NCBI RefSeq assembly: GCF_006345805.1
Contig: NC_042998.1
Location: 178,622,001 to 178,686,000 of the forward strand
Length of the DNA stretch: 64,000 nucleotides
Source of the DNA: Octopus sinensis
Taxonomy: Eukaryota
Direction of reading: 5' to 3'
The notes under the pieces are model-generated. The model had not been told where the DNA came from. It saw nothing but the letters and a program-made list of their open reading frames with translations, and ran no database searches. Position 1 is the first letter of the stretch; each line of letters starts with the position of its first letter. Below are positions 52,113-64,000 of the stretch, piece by piece. The translations under genes were made by a program, and so were the position numbers.

Positions 52113-52152
52113 TATGCTTGCTTCTCCATTACATTTAATGCTTAATGCTTTG
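52113..52152 (+). CDS. Possible 40-nt exon
   Basis: tactttcaatag acceptor, G|GTAAGT donor, only one open frame (MLASPLHLMLNAL). Confidence 0.25.
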
Positions 52153-54086
52153 GTAAGTAAACGATAGCAGCAGAGAAAGGTGTGGCACAGGGAGATGGTG
52201 AATACTAGTCATTCTGTCACTGGTTAGAATACAGAAGGAAAGAAGGGAATGAGACGGAGAGGGAGGGAAAAGTCTTATCTGAAATTCTCTTCTTCCGATC
52301 ATCTGTGTATTCTATTAATTGATAAATAAGTGTCTAACACCATAAAGATATATTCTCGATAAGTTCATACTGTGATTCAATTTACATTCCAAATTACTAT
52401 TTGATTTCATTTATATTACAAATTTCCTCTTTGAAAGCATAACTGTCCCAACAGCTCTTTCTTCTACTCTTACAAGTCTGAAACCATATATAATAAGCCA
52501 CAGTTAAATTCTTAATAAATTAAAACCGACTGGTTTTATTAGTAGATAAGCCATAGCCTCTATGTATTCGACTATTTATTTTTTGTGTCAATTTTATAAT
52601 TGGCTACATCAGTTCCTTTCCTCAGTATAATTAATATGCTTTACATTATAGAATCCACATAAAAGAAAGATTTAAATTGGTTCTGACAGAGCTCTAACTT
52701 GGAAGCATCAAGTCTCAAGTTTGCTTTTGTGTCAAGTTTGGTTCTATATCAATAAATTCATGTCTTCTTTCCAGGCAACCTTGAAGGGGGCAACTAGCTA
52801 TAGTGGTTGTGTGTGTGTGTGTGTGTGTGTGTGTGCATTTGTGTGTTTGTGTTAGCGTGTTTTCATGCACTCAGATGTCTGATGGCTGCTTTATTTGTTA
52901 ATTTCTACATAGCATTTGTCAAATGCCCATGCAATGGAAACCAGCATTCGTTTCAACATCTCTCAGTCTTAACAACAAAACTTTCCCCGTCAGAAAGTAT
53001 TAACTATGAAGAAGAAAATAACATACATTGCTTTCAGAAGGGCTACCCTCATTTGCTATTGGATAGTGATGGGCGTGGCTGAATAGGGATAGGGGATAGG
53101 GTATTCAGGCTTTATCACAACTTTTATCATTTGAACATCAGTTAACATCCAATTTTCTTTATTTTACTTTAGCTTAATTTACCTTAACTCTCAATATAGT
53201 CCTACAAAGTCTCTACTCTGTTATGTCACAAGTTGACAACAAGTCTCCAAGTGGTTATTTCCCATACTAGAAATAACAACCAAATCTTCCTCAGTCATGC
53301 CTTTCCATCTTAAATAAGGAAAGCTATATTAGATTATGTGATCACTGATATTCCAAAACAAAAAAGGAAGGTCAAAAATGGAACATTTTTGATTATAGGG
53401 TTGCTCAATTGGGACTGACCTGGGATTAAACAACAATATTCAGACATAATTGCATGCATACGGTCACACACACCCACGCGTACATGTATGCACACTCCTT
53501 ATGTTATATGCCCTGATAAAATATACAAACTGGTTCTAAAAAGCCATTACTTTTATAGAATAAAGTATTGCAAAAAACAACAAAAAATATATGTGGGAAG
53601 ACAAGAGAGAAGCATTAGTGAACAGGCATTTGATGATCTGGTGTCAGGCAACACTTTAATATATTAGTAACATTTTCTAATTGCCAATAAGTCAAAGAGA
53701 CAATGCTGCTACAATGTGTATATTTGAAGAACATTATTGTTGACTCCACTATAACATTGCATCTAGAAGCATTGGAATTTGGGAAATCAGAATAAATATA
53801 ATATAAAATGGATGTAATTTACTGAAGAAAGTCAATACTTTCCAGTCTGGATATTTAGGATATGGGACAGAAAAGAAAAAATTTAGAAATTTGTGCTAAT
53901 GTGTTACTCAATGATTTTTTTTTGAATATTCATGGATATTTTAATATTTTCTTACTACATATCTGTCTGTGTGTGTAGACATACTTAACCATTTTTACAC
54001 TGCTTACACTTTAGGTAATATGTATATATATATATATTACACTATAGGTAATATATATATATATACACACACATACATACATATAT

Positions 54087-54482
54087 ACATGGTTGTGTGG
54101 TAAGAAGCTTGCTTCCTAATCACATGATTCAGGGTTCAATCCTGCTGTGTGGCACCTTGAGCAAGTATCTTCTACTATCGCCTTGGGCCAACAAAATCCT
54201 TGTGGGTGGATTTGGTAGACGGAAACTGAAAGAAGCCCATCATATTGTGTGTGTGTCTTTGGGCCTGTAATTATCTCCCCTCCTCCCATCACCATTTGAC
54301 AATTGATGTTGGTGTGTTAACATCCCCATAACTTAGCAGTTTGGCAAAAAAGACCAATAGAATACGTACTAGGCTTTAAAAAAAATAAGTCCTAGGGGCG
54401 ATTTGTTTGACTAAAACCCTTCAAAGTAGTGCTCCAGCATGGCTGCAGTCAAATGACTGAAACTAATAAAAGAGTAAGAGAA
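54087..54482 (+). mobile_element. Full-length SINE family B (OR-like)
   Basis: tRNA-like head (gggttcaatcc B-box), ggcaccttgagcaagtatcttctactat core, 3' end gactgaaactaataaaagagtaagag. Confidence 0.8.
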
Positions 54483-54491
54483 TATATACCT

Positions 54492-54526
<35 letters not shown>

Positions 54527-55402
54527 CAGGGTGTGGTGAATAAACTGTCATCTAAATTATATGAAAATGAAAATAACACTGATGTCTCATTTGAACAGAT
54601 ATATTTAGCAAAATTACATAAAAAATATCTTGAAATACTAAAGAGTAAATTTATTCAATAAAAGCGCCATTGACTTCAGCCACCAGTTGGCTTCAGAATC
54701 TCCTGCAACTCTTGTCAATGCACTCCTTGTTTAAGTTGGGGAATGCTGCCATAATCCTTGCCTTCAGTTCATCTTTGGTGTTATAAGGAGTTTTGTTAGT
54801 CTTTTGCTCAACTGCATTCCACACATAATAATCAAGGGGGTTATAGTCTGGAGAGTTAGGTAGCCAGATGTTAGGGGTGATGTGGTTGCAGAAATTGTCT
54901 GGCAGCCATGGCTGGGTTCTCCTGAATGTGTGGTATGGTGCAGAATCCTGTTGCCAAACATAGGGTCTTCCAGCAGCCAGCCTCTTGACCCAGGGCAGCA
55001 CTACCTCCTCTAGGCACTTGATGTAGGCCTCCATATTGGGTCTGAGTCCAAGTGGGAAGATGAATGGAGGCTTCATGTCACCATCACTAGTGATCTCTTC
55101 AAGTGCCATGATGTTGACTGGATGCTTGATTTTTATCACTCTCAGTACATGCCCTCAGATTGCACTGTCTTTAGACTGACACTCAAACATTCTGAAATGT
55201 TTGTATTAGAGCTTCTGGCATGAAGGCCAAACTGTACAGCATGTTGTTTCCAAATTTCTGGCAGAGTGAACTGTGTCATGAGGCTGTTTTTCTTACAGAG
55301 TGTCCAACTGACCCTACTATACTGTGTAGTCATCAAAATGAAAAACAAACAATGTGCATGTATGAAAATATAAAATGGCAACAATTTACCTATTGCACCC
55401 CG
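54527..55402 (-). mobile_element. Internally deleted maT-family (D,D37D) Tc1/mariner element
   Basis: ORF 54693-55139 has QQDSAPYH ... NSPDYNPLDYYVW with 37 residues between the two Asp; TA|CAGGGTGTGG end at 54527, degenerate other end near 55402. Confidence 0.85.
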
Positions 55403-55498
55403 TTTTCTTCTGTTGTATATAGTTGTAGAGCTTTGTGCTGTTATATATGCATAATTCTTTGTCTGTTGTATTTATATAATGTCTTGTTTGTTTCTGTC

Positions 55499-56208
55499 CC
55501 AGGAAGACCTGGGATGAGGTGGTGAAGCATGACCTTCAAACATTGGGCCTCACCGAGGCAATGACTAGTGACCAGGACCTCTGGAAATATGCTGTGCTTG
55601 AGAAGACTCAGCAAGCGCAAGTGAGACTATAACCTGTGGCCTATGCCAGGGGTGTAACCAGTACACATATGCATGCTTATCCTTCATTGGACACTAAACG
55701 CTGCTTGCAAAGACCTGTTGAGGCAAGTGAAATCGAAATCGAAATCAAATTTGATGACTGGCATCCGTGCTAGTGGAGTGCTAAGAGTACCATATGAGTG
55801 AGATCATTGCCAGAGCCGATGGCACATTAAAAACACCATTCAAGTGTGATCGTTACCTGCATTGCCTTACTAGCTCCGATGCTGATGGCACGTGAAAAAA
55901 AAACATTTGAGTGAGGTCGTTGCCAGTGCTGCTGGACTGGCTCCTGTGCAGGTGGCACATAAAAAGCACCATTTGAGTGTGGATGTTGCCAGTACCGCCT
56001 GACTGGCCCTCATACCGGTGGCATGTAAAAAGCACCCACTACACTCTCAGAGTGGTTGGCATTAGGAAGAGCATCCAGCTGTAGAAACTCTGCCAAATCA
56101 AGATTGGAAACTGGTGCAACCATCTGGTTCGCCAGACCTCAGTCAAATCGTCCAACCCATGCTAGCATGGAAAGCGGATGTTAAACGATGATGATGATGA
56201 TGATGATG
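55499..56208 (+). mobile_element. RTE 3' end: RT C-terminus, complete 3' UTR with about five repeat units, (GAT)n tail
   Basis: RKTWDEVVKHDLQTLGLTEAMTSDQDLWKYAVLEK joined to the UTR seen in all short tails. Confidence 0.9.
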
Positions 56209-56549
56209 TATGCAATAGGAAGGGATATTTTGCAGTAATTGGGTGCCAGATATTTTCATTTTATTTTATTTTGCTTAATTCATATATTAGACAAATACGA
56301 AGTGGTAGCAATTGAAAAAAAAGTTGTAATGTGAACTAAAGCAATTGGTGCACACTAACAAAGACAGTGTTGCATTAATTATAAACATGAATCGTTAGTT
56401 GGAAGAATATCTTTTATAACCCCATGAAGTTTTTAAAGACATCATTCGCATATGAATTTACTGCACAAATCTGAGGCATACTGATTTGAGGAGCTGAAAC
56501 TGCTGAGAATTGGGGGAACAATGCTAAGCACACTTGGATGTAACTTTAA

Positions 56550-56768
56550 CCGATTAACATTCAGATTACTCAGTCAAATGTAAAGCTTATCTATTAACAT
56601 CATTTTGAATGAATCATGCATTACCTTGTGGCTTTGACATTTTGATGACATGATAGTATATTTTTAGAATGACATAATAGGATATGTATGAGAAGCTAGA
56701 TCAAGCCTGTTGAACATAAAATAGGTAGATTATTTGGGCTGAAAATGGCTGGTTTAAACACTAAAGGG
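56550..56768. mobile_element. piggyBac-type MITE (TTAA)
   Basis: TTAA at 56546-56549 and 56769-56772; right TIR aacactaaaggg. Confidence 0.75.
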
Positions 56769-57601
56769 TTAAAGATGGGTCTTATTGAGTCTGATGAGGA
56801 ATTTAATAGCTGCCTATTTAATGCCAAAACATTTGGAACCTGTTCTGTGTCTCAGTTTCAAGATTTGTTCATTTTGATATTATCCCTGGGTCTCAGATCA
56901 GATATTGTTCTTTGAATCTTAGCTTATTAAGATTCTTTCAAGATATAAAGTTGGTTTATTGTAAAAGATCATCGACTGCAGCCTCCTAATGATGAACATT
57001 TAGTGATGCATGTTATCACTGATTTGAAAATCTCTTGCCTTCAAAATGGTAATTCCTTTCAGCAGATCACCTCTGGAGGATCAGCATCAAACATCAGATA
57101 CACTAACATTGACCTACTGAGAACTGATGCCAACAATCAAAAAAAAAAAACATTGAACTTAGAGTAACAACATGCTTTTGACACCTGAGTTATGCACAAA
57201 CACATATATACATACACATATACCTGTGTGCACACGCATACACATATGCATACACATACATGCAATCATAAATATGTAATAAACATAGATGAGTGTGCCT
57301 GTTGTTGTTGATGATGATAATTAAAAAAATATATAGGAGGTTAAGAAATAAACAATTAAAACATACATGTGTCTACAAATTCATCTTAATAAAGCATCCA
57401 GACATTATGAAAGTCAAGAAAATATTTTAATAAAACAAAATTTTTATGTACACGACGCTAGTGATGTCATATAGAACAGCAATCTAAGTTTAAATGCTTT
57501 CTTTACTGATGGTTTTGGTGACTCCAAACAAAATACATTCAGTTGAATGCTTAATGAGCATGCACAAGATTATGTGAATCATCTACTCCTACTTCTGCAC
57601 C

Positions 57602-57985
57602 TACATCATCATTATCATCATTTAACATCCGTTTTCCGTGCTAGCATGGGTTGGACAGTTCGACCGGGGTATGAGAAGCCAGAAGGCTGCACCAGGCTCC
57701 TGTCTGATCTGGCAGTCTTTCTACAGCTGGATGCCCTTCCTAACGCCAACCACTCCGTGAGTGTAGCAGGTGCTTTTTACGTGCCAGGGGAGGCTGGCAA
57801 CGGCCATGATTGGTTGGTGCTTTTTACATGACACCAGCACGGAAGCCAGTCAAGACAGTGCTGGCATTGGCCACGTTTGGCTGGTGCTTTTTACGTGCCA
57901 CCCGCATGGGTATCACAACTACAATTTCCATTTGATTTATATTTTGATGTTGATGTACTTGACTCAATAGGTCTCCTCAAGCTGC
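57602..57985 (-). mobile_element. RTE 3' UTR fragment with three repeat units
   Basis: tgctttttac anchors at 57771, 57818, 57885. Confidence 0.85.
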
Positions 57986-58169
57986 ACCTACATGACTGGC
58001 TTAAATATTCTACAAAAACGGTCTACTGTTATTTCAACTTTCCATACTTCAGTTTGCAATGAGAAAGATTTGGTTTACAGTATTGATATCAACAACAAAC
58101 AAGAAAAAATAATTTGAAATTGTAGTTCCATCTCTTGGGTTGACGTATCATAAACATTGAGGTATAAGA

Positions 58170-58590
58170 ATAAAGCTGTTGATCACACATTTCATGTTCT
58201 TTAGCAAAATTATTTACCTTTTGATGGCAAGATCATAATGTTTCTTGGGGATTTTCAACTAATACTCCTTATCTTAATGAAAACTGGCAGATTTGCTGTC
58301 AGGATTAATCCTTCATTTCAGAAGAAAGTTATCAAAAAGAAACATCAGTTAAAACTACAGAATCAAGAGTTTGATTTTTTATTTTATGTTGGATTCTGAT
58401 GTCAAGATGGAGCTCCAAGCAGTTTCAAGTTTGTATCAAATAAATGTGAAATGATAAATTAGGTTTTTGGCAACCTGCTAATTCCTTCAAGCTTCACAGA
58501 TCAAGCAAAGCTAACTGTACCTATAATGCTGTTGGTTCTATAAATGAGGAATTATCAACATATTTGATGGAGAAACTGTCACTTAAAAAA
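58170..58590 (+). mobile_element. Helitron PIF1-type helicase remnant
   Basis: LPFDGKIIMFLGDFQLIL resembles PFGGKxxxxxGDFRQILP; downstream NAVGSINEEL resembles NxxVDxIN. Confidence 0.6.
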
Positions 58591-58686
58591 AACCTTGATT
58601 TCTGTGTTAATGAATTTATATTTATACGTCATTATATAAGAACATATAATGATTATATAAGATTTCCCTGAACATGACCAATTACT

Positions 58687-59126
58687 TTGGAGTGTGAAGA
58701 CCAATATCTGAAGAGAAGCTATATATTGTGCATCATACAGTGAAGGGTACTATCTCTACACAGCCTTTGAGCATATGCATTTATATATAGTTCATAGAAG
58801 AGATCCAGATGTTCTCTGTATAGAATACACTTGAGTGGGTATAGAAGCAAATAGTAATTATGAAGAATAATCTTATATGATATATAATTGCAAACCTAAC
58901 AACTTAAAGCTGGTGTCTGGAGCAGAAACAAATGTTGCAATTTGCTATTAAAGCCTGGTACCTTCCATCTCTGATTTATATTATTCTTGTATTAATTCTA
59001 TATAACAGCAGAGTTCCACAAGTTTATCTAGACTTGGCAAATATTCTGCTGTAGAGTGACATGTGATCGCCAATAATGGTATAGGAGCTCTCAAATGCAC
59101 ATTATGAGGTTTTACGCAAATCATAC

Positions 59127-59176
<50 letters not shown>

Positions 59177-59203
59177 TACATATATATACATACATACATA
59201 TAT

Positions 59204-59265
<62 letters not shown>

Positions 59266-59811
59266 GTCAGCTTCACCTTCTTTCTAAGTATTTCTTTCTT
59301 CGATGAAGTAATACCAGTGGCTTAGTTTTGATTAGTGTAGATCCCAATAGGAAGTGACTAACACATTGTGATCTTGAAGACATCATCTGTTGCACATATA
59401 AAATGTAACATCCAGGATTAGACAATGAAACTGCAACAGACTGTGCCTTCATAGGCAGTCTGTCTGGCATTGCCTTCTTTCACCAGTTCACCCTTTGGAA
59501 TCATAGGTTTTCATCTACTTGATTTGCTATTGAGAACTTGGCTTGGTGGGGGGGCAGTATGTTGCTCTAGATTTGGCCACATCAGTGGGAGCAAGGTCTC
59601 TTCATGCAGATTTTAGTGAGGATAGTCTTGCTAATAAATCAGAGGCTCAGTTCTTTCCCCTTGGAGTGTGAAGACCAATATCTGCGGAGAAGCTATATAT
59701 TGTACATCATACAGTGAAGGGTACTTAGAGCATATACATTTATATATAGTTCATAGATGAGATCCAGATGTTCTCTGTATAGAATACACTTGAGCGGGTA
59801 TAGAAGCAAAT
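58687..59811 (-). mobile_element. RTE-BovB-like remnant with a local ~150-bp duplication
   Basis: Direct repeats 58687-58852 and 59661-59811; minus frames give MPDRLPMK and YREHLDL. Confidence 0.45.
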
Positions 59812-60149
59812 GTGGGATAAGCAAATTAGAACAGACCAATACATAAAGTATATTAAATTCATGAAATACAAAATATGTATACTTGTATACATATAAAAAG
59901 GTCCAACTTGGAGTACAAATGATATAGAAAATTAAATGGGTGGAAGAAAGCTATTACAAATCCAACAGATATTTCTGGGGGCTCGGCAATCCATGATAAT
60001 GTTTGTAGATTAATTCCATTAGAGAATATGGCTGTATGGATGCATTTAACATAGGGTGAGATGAGCCCCCATCTTCAGGGAAGAGATCTTACATTTGAGA
60101 TCATAAAGGAAAGAAGTTCAAAGATGGACAACAACAGCACTAACAACAG

Positions 60150-60620
60150 CAGCACCCACAACAACAATAGGTGCACCAACATCACGTGTCCACAGAAATA
60201 TGTGGGATGCACTGGGAATTCTCTTAAACAGCATCTTGCCAATCATTTGTCCTCATTTCAGAGTCCAGGAAAGGAGATATGTGACATTGCTGGCCAGACA
60301 TATCTGGTAATTAAGATAATTAAGGTAATTAAGGGATACCATACTCAATTGCATGGAAAATACTCAAGAACTCAGTTATGCATTGCTGAATGCACGAGAA
60401 CCCTAAAAGACTCTATTGTGCCAGGGAGCATCCTGAACTCCAGAATGGAGATTTACAGGCCATGTTTGCATTTTAGAATCCACAAGGCAACACTGCAGCC
60501 AGAATCCAATAGCCAAGGCCAAGGGGAGACAATCGTTTACCTTCATAGTTCTTCGGTGACTGCAAGGTGGAAGTGCAGCCAAAGCTTGATGACCAATGGC
60601 AAAGGGAGATAATAACCTAG
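60150..60620 (+). mobile_element. Penelope-like GIY-YIG endonuclease remnant
   Basis: KYVGCTGNSLKQHLANHLSSF; shifted frames give LLARHIW and GIPYSIAWKIL. Confidence 0.7.
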
Positions 60621-60814
60621 TGTTTACTTTTGTAGAAAGGCATTTCCTCCTTCCATATTTTGCAGAGGTCTCAGGCCAGCAGTGTTTGGGGTTTGAGGAT
60701 ATGCTGTAAGGATAAACCTCTTATGAGCGAGAAACCCAGGGTAAACCCATAAACCAGCCCCTTTTATAATATATATATGTATATATATATATATTTCACA
60801 CACCAACTCTTTCA

Positions 60815-60876
<62 letters not shown>

Positions 60877-60898
60877 GTAAATGAGTAACAAAGCTGTA

Positions 60899-61218
60899 CA
60901 GGTGTCAATTCATTATGGCTGTTTCAAGTGACTCCTTTAATTGATTAATGAAAACATTACATCATTTGAAAGAAACCATTCTCATCAGATGACCACATAG
61001 ACTTCAAATATAAAGGATACAACCATTTCCTTAACATATTTACATCAACAATGGAACTCGAAATATTTACACTGTTTCTTTTGTCATATTTGTGGCAGAT
61101 TCTTCATGTTTGAAGTCAATGTGGTCATCTCACAAGAATGGTTTCTTTCAAATGATGTAATGTTTTCATTAAATCAACTAAAGGGTCACTTGAAATGGCC
61201 ATAATGAACTGACACCTG
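60899..61218. mobile_element. Tc1/mariner-type MITE with ~115-bp TIRs
   Basis: TA|CAGGTGTCAATTCATTATGGC ... GCCATAATGAACTGACACCTG; arms complementary over about 115 bp. Confidence 0.85.
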
Positions 61219-61454
61219 GAATCTGCACTTTGGAAATAAAGTACCTTTATAAAAAGTACTTGTCTGAATTACCTAGAGTGGATATCTTCACCTAGCTGGG
61301 TTGCATTGTCTGCACACATGGCAGGAATGTCAGGTGCAAACACCCCTGCATAGAGTCTTGATATTCAGTATTCAATTGATATTGTTTGGGTGTGTGGATT
61401 ATATCGACCTAACAAGGTACCTCAATTTAAGTACCTAATGCAACAGAATCTTAA

Positions 61455-61455
61455 T

Positions 61456-61494
<39 letters not shown>

Positions 61495-61646
61495 ATGTAT
61501 ATATATGTATGTTATATATATATATATTATATATATATATATGTATGTATATATATATATATGTATGTATATATATATATATATGTATGTATATATATAT
61601 ATATGTATGTATATATATATTATATATATATATATTATATATATAT

Positions 61647-61696
<50 letters not shown>

Positions 61697-61718
61697 GTAT
61701 ATGTATGTATGTATGTAT

Positions 61719-61753
<35 letters not shown>

Positions 61754-61790
61754 TGTATGTATGTATGTATATATATATATACATATATAC
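61455..61790. repeat. Compound (TA)n/(TATG)n microsatellite
   Basis: Direct reading; explains the poly-YI ORFs. Confidence 0.95.
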
Positions 61791-62196
61791 ACAGGCACAC
61801 ATAGGACTGATAAATCAGGACAGTGTCGGACAAATTCCTTTGTAGTTACATTCCTTGATATTTTGATTCGTAAGATCTACTTTTGCCTTTCATTTTTGGA
61901 AGGTCAATGATCTAGCAAGCATGATAATGTAATTGTCTACACCCTAGAAACTTAGTGTCTCAGCTTGGCCACAGTCCAATGACTGCAACCATATATATAT
62001 ATAACCACACAAACACACAGAGACAGACAGACAGACAGATACGCACACACACTTATATATTTAAACCATGTTATTATATGAAAAAAAAAAAAGATACCAA
62101 AATTAGTTTTATCTCTCCCACAGACTTTGCCCTTTAAACACTGAAGGAGATCTCCCACCCAAAAAAACTGCTGAAATAGCCCAGCTGTACCTGTCA

Positions 62197-62227
<31 letters not shown>

Positions 62228-62469
62228 ACAACCCATACTGTGACCCACCTAACCACACTATTATGATAAAGAATAAGCAGCGAGTGGTGAGGGATGTTGT
62301 ATTTATTACGTAACACTACTTGTGTTTTGCAGCTCCTTGACTCACTATTCTGTGTGTTATTTTGTTACAACTCAGAAGACCACGCCTTCCTCCCACTCAT
62401 ATTTACTCATATTTGACACTTGCACATTACAGACACACAAACACACAGACACAGACATATGTGTCTGCA

Positions 62470-62494
62470 TGTCCAAGTATATATATATATATAA

Positions 62495-62582
<88 letters not shown>

Positions 62583-62690
62583 ATATATATATATAGAGAG
62601 AGAGAGAGGGAGAGAGAGAGAGAGATACAGTATCTGTGTATGTGTGTGTGTGTGTGTGTGTGTATACTGACACACACACACACATACATA
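62470..62690. repeat. Compound (TA)n-(TG)n-(GA)n-(CA)n microsatellite
   Basis: Direct reading. Confidence 0.95.
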
Positions 62691-63475
62691 TATTTTCAGT
62701 TAGTTGTCTGCAAGTCAGAAATAGGTATTCAATGAAAAATAGACCAGTTATATTTTAATACATATAAAATGGGTGATCAATTTTTTCCACGTGTAATATT
62801 TGGTGTGAAACCTATGGTAACAACCTGACCAGTCATATGCCTTAACTTATACTGCTCAACAATATGGAAATAGATATATTTTGTTTTTGTGTAATGTCAT
62901 CCTCATCACTCATTATTTTTGCTTTGTGGATCACTCACTCACATACAGTATGTCTCTATGTTTGGTGTAGCCCTCGTCAGCAGTTCCCCAGATTCTGGTC
63001 ACATAGGCAGACAGGAATTCATTTTCCGTCTTTAAACTTTCCACTCCTCAACTGATTCAAGTGCTTCAATCTTTTATAACACACACATCATCACTCAAAC
63101 CCATATGCACATAAATGCATGTACAACCAAACACACACACACAAACACACTGGCTCAGAAGCACCTATCTTTCTACCCACTCACTTACCAACAGCATAAA
63201 TATATACTTCACACACACACACACGTGCACACACTCATACACAATGAGATTCTAAAACCCTTTTGTATCACACTCACGATATGTCCCGAAACACACCAGC
63301 TAAGACTTACACATGCAACCCAAACCCTGTCACGCATACACTGATAGTTATAATGCACATATTCACATGCATACCCAACATAACACTACAACACAAAATG
63401 CATCTAAACACAGCTCATACACATGTATATGGATATGCACATGTATGCACAAATACACATATATATACATACGTA

Positions 63476-64000
63476 TATCATCATCATCAACATTGATTAA
63501 CGTCTGTTTTCCATGCTGGTATGTGTTGGGTGGTTTGACTGAGGTCTGGAAAGCCAGCAGTTGCACCAGGCTCCAATCTGATCTGGCAATGTTTCTACAG
63601 CTGGATGCCCTTCCTAATGCCAACCACTCTGAGAGTGTAGTGAGTGCTTTTTATGTACCACTGGCACAGGAGCTAGTCAGGTGGACTTGGCATCGATCAC
63701 GCTCGGATAGTGCTTTTTACATGCCACCAGCACAGGAGCCAGTTAGAGGGCACTGGCATCGACTGCGTTCACATGATGCCTTTTACGTGCCACCAGCATG
63801 GGAGCTAGTCAGGCGAACTTGGCATTGATCACGTTCAGATGGTGCTTTTTACATGCCACTGGCACGAGAGCCAGTCAGGGACACTGGCATTGGCCACGTT
63901 CAGATGGTGCTTTTTACACACCACTGGAATGGGAGCCAGTCAGGGGGCACTGGCCACAGCTATGAATTTGGTTTTACTTGACTCAACAGGTCCTCTCAAG
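63476..64000 (-). mobile_element. RTE 3' UTR with five ~66-bp repeat units (runs off window)
   Basis: Anchors at 63645, 63711, 63777, 63843, 63908. Confidence 0.9.

Noticed and set aside
57512-57530. Second PBS-like TGGTGACTCCAAAC
   Set aside because: No LTR-like terminus upstream and no gag downstream.
58705-58730. CTGAAGAG followed by a short stem candidate
   Set aside because: No closing stem II plus GAAA; the region is antisense LINE remnant.
60715-60755. Second hammerhead-like motif (cttatgagcgagaaacccagggta) after the PLE fragment
   Set aside because: Core is mutated (CUUAUGA), stem II is essentially absent and stem I does not pair.
60975-60995. CTGATGA on the minus strand
   Set aside because: Lies within a MITE TIR with no correctly placed GAAA and stem III.
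61390-62735. Long ORFs rich in Y/I/C/V/H/T
   Set aside because: Translations of (TA)n, (TG)n and (CA)n microsatellites.
63640-63960. CRISPR-like look of regularly spaced repeats
   Set aside because: The spacers are homologous to each other, the array is part of an RTE 3' UTR, the context is eukaryotic and no cas genes are present.

Overview
AT-rich, repeat-saturated eukaryotic (animal) genomic DNA. The tRNA-derived SINE families, RTE tails ending in (GAT)n and dense microsatellites resemble what I recall of Octopus genomes (inference, not searched). I find no intact host protein-coding gene. Nearly all listed ORFs are microsatellite read-throughs or decayed transposon fragments: RTE, CR1/L2-like, R4/Dong-like and Penelope-like retroelements, a gypsy LTR-PBS-gag remnant, an integrase remnant, mariner, maT (D37D), hAT, Helitron and several MITEs. 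Most notable are an intact-looking type I hammerhead ribozyme with an unusually long structured stem II (16548-16667) next to a Penelope-like element, a hAT transposase rearranged as A-c-B-c-B-c-D, variable-number ~65-bp stem-loop arrays in RTE 3' UTRs, a 42-bp near-perfect hairpin inside one RTE tail, and several inverted SINE pairs. A few isolated splice-site-bounded segments may be host exons but cannot be assigned. Boundaries of decayed elements are approximate unless TSDs or TIRs are quoted.
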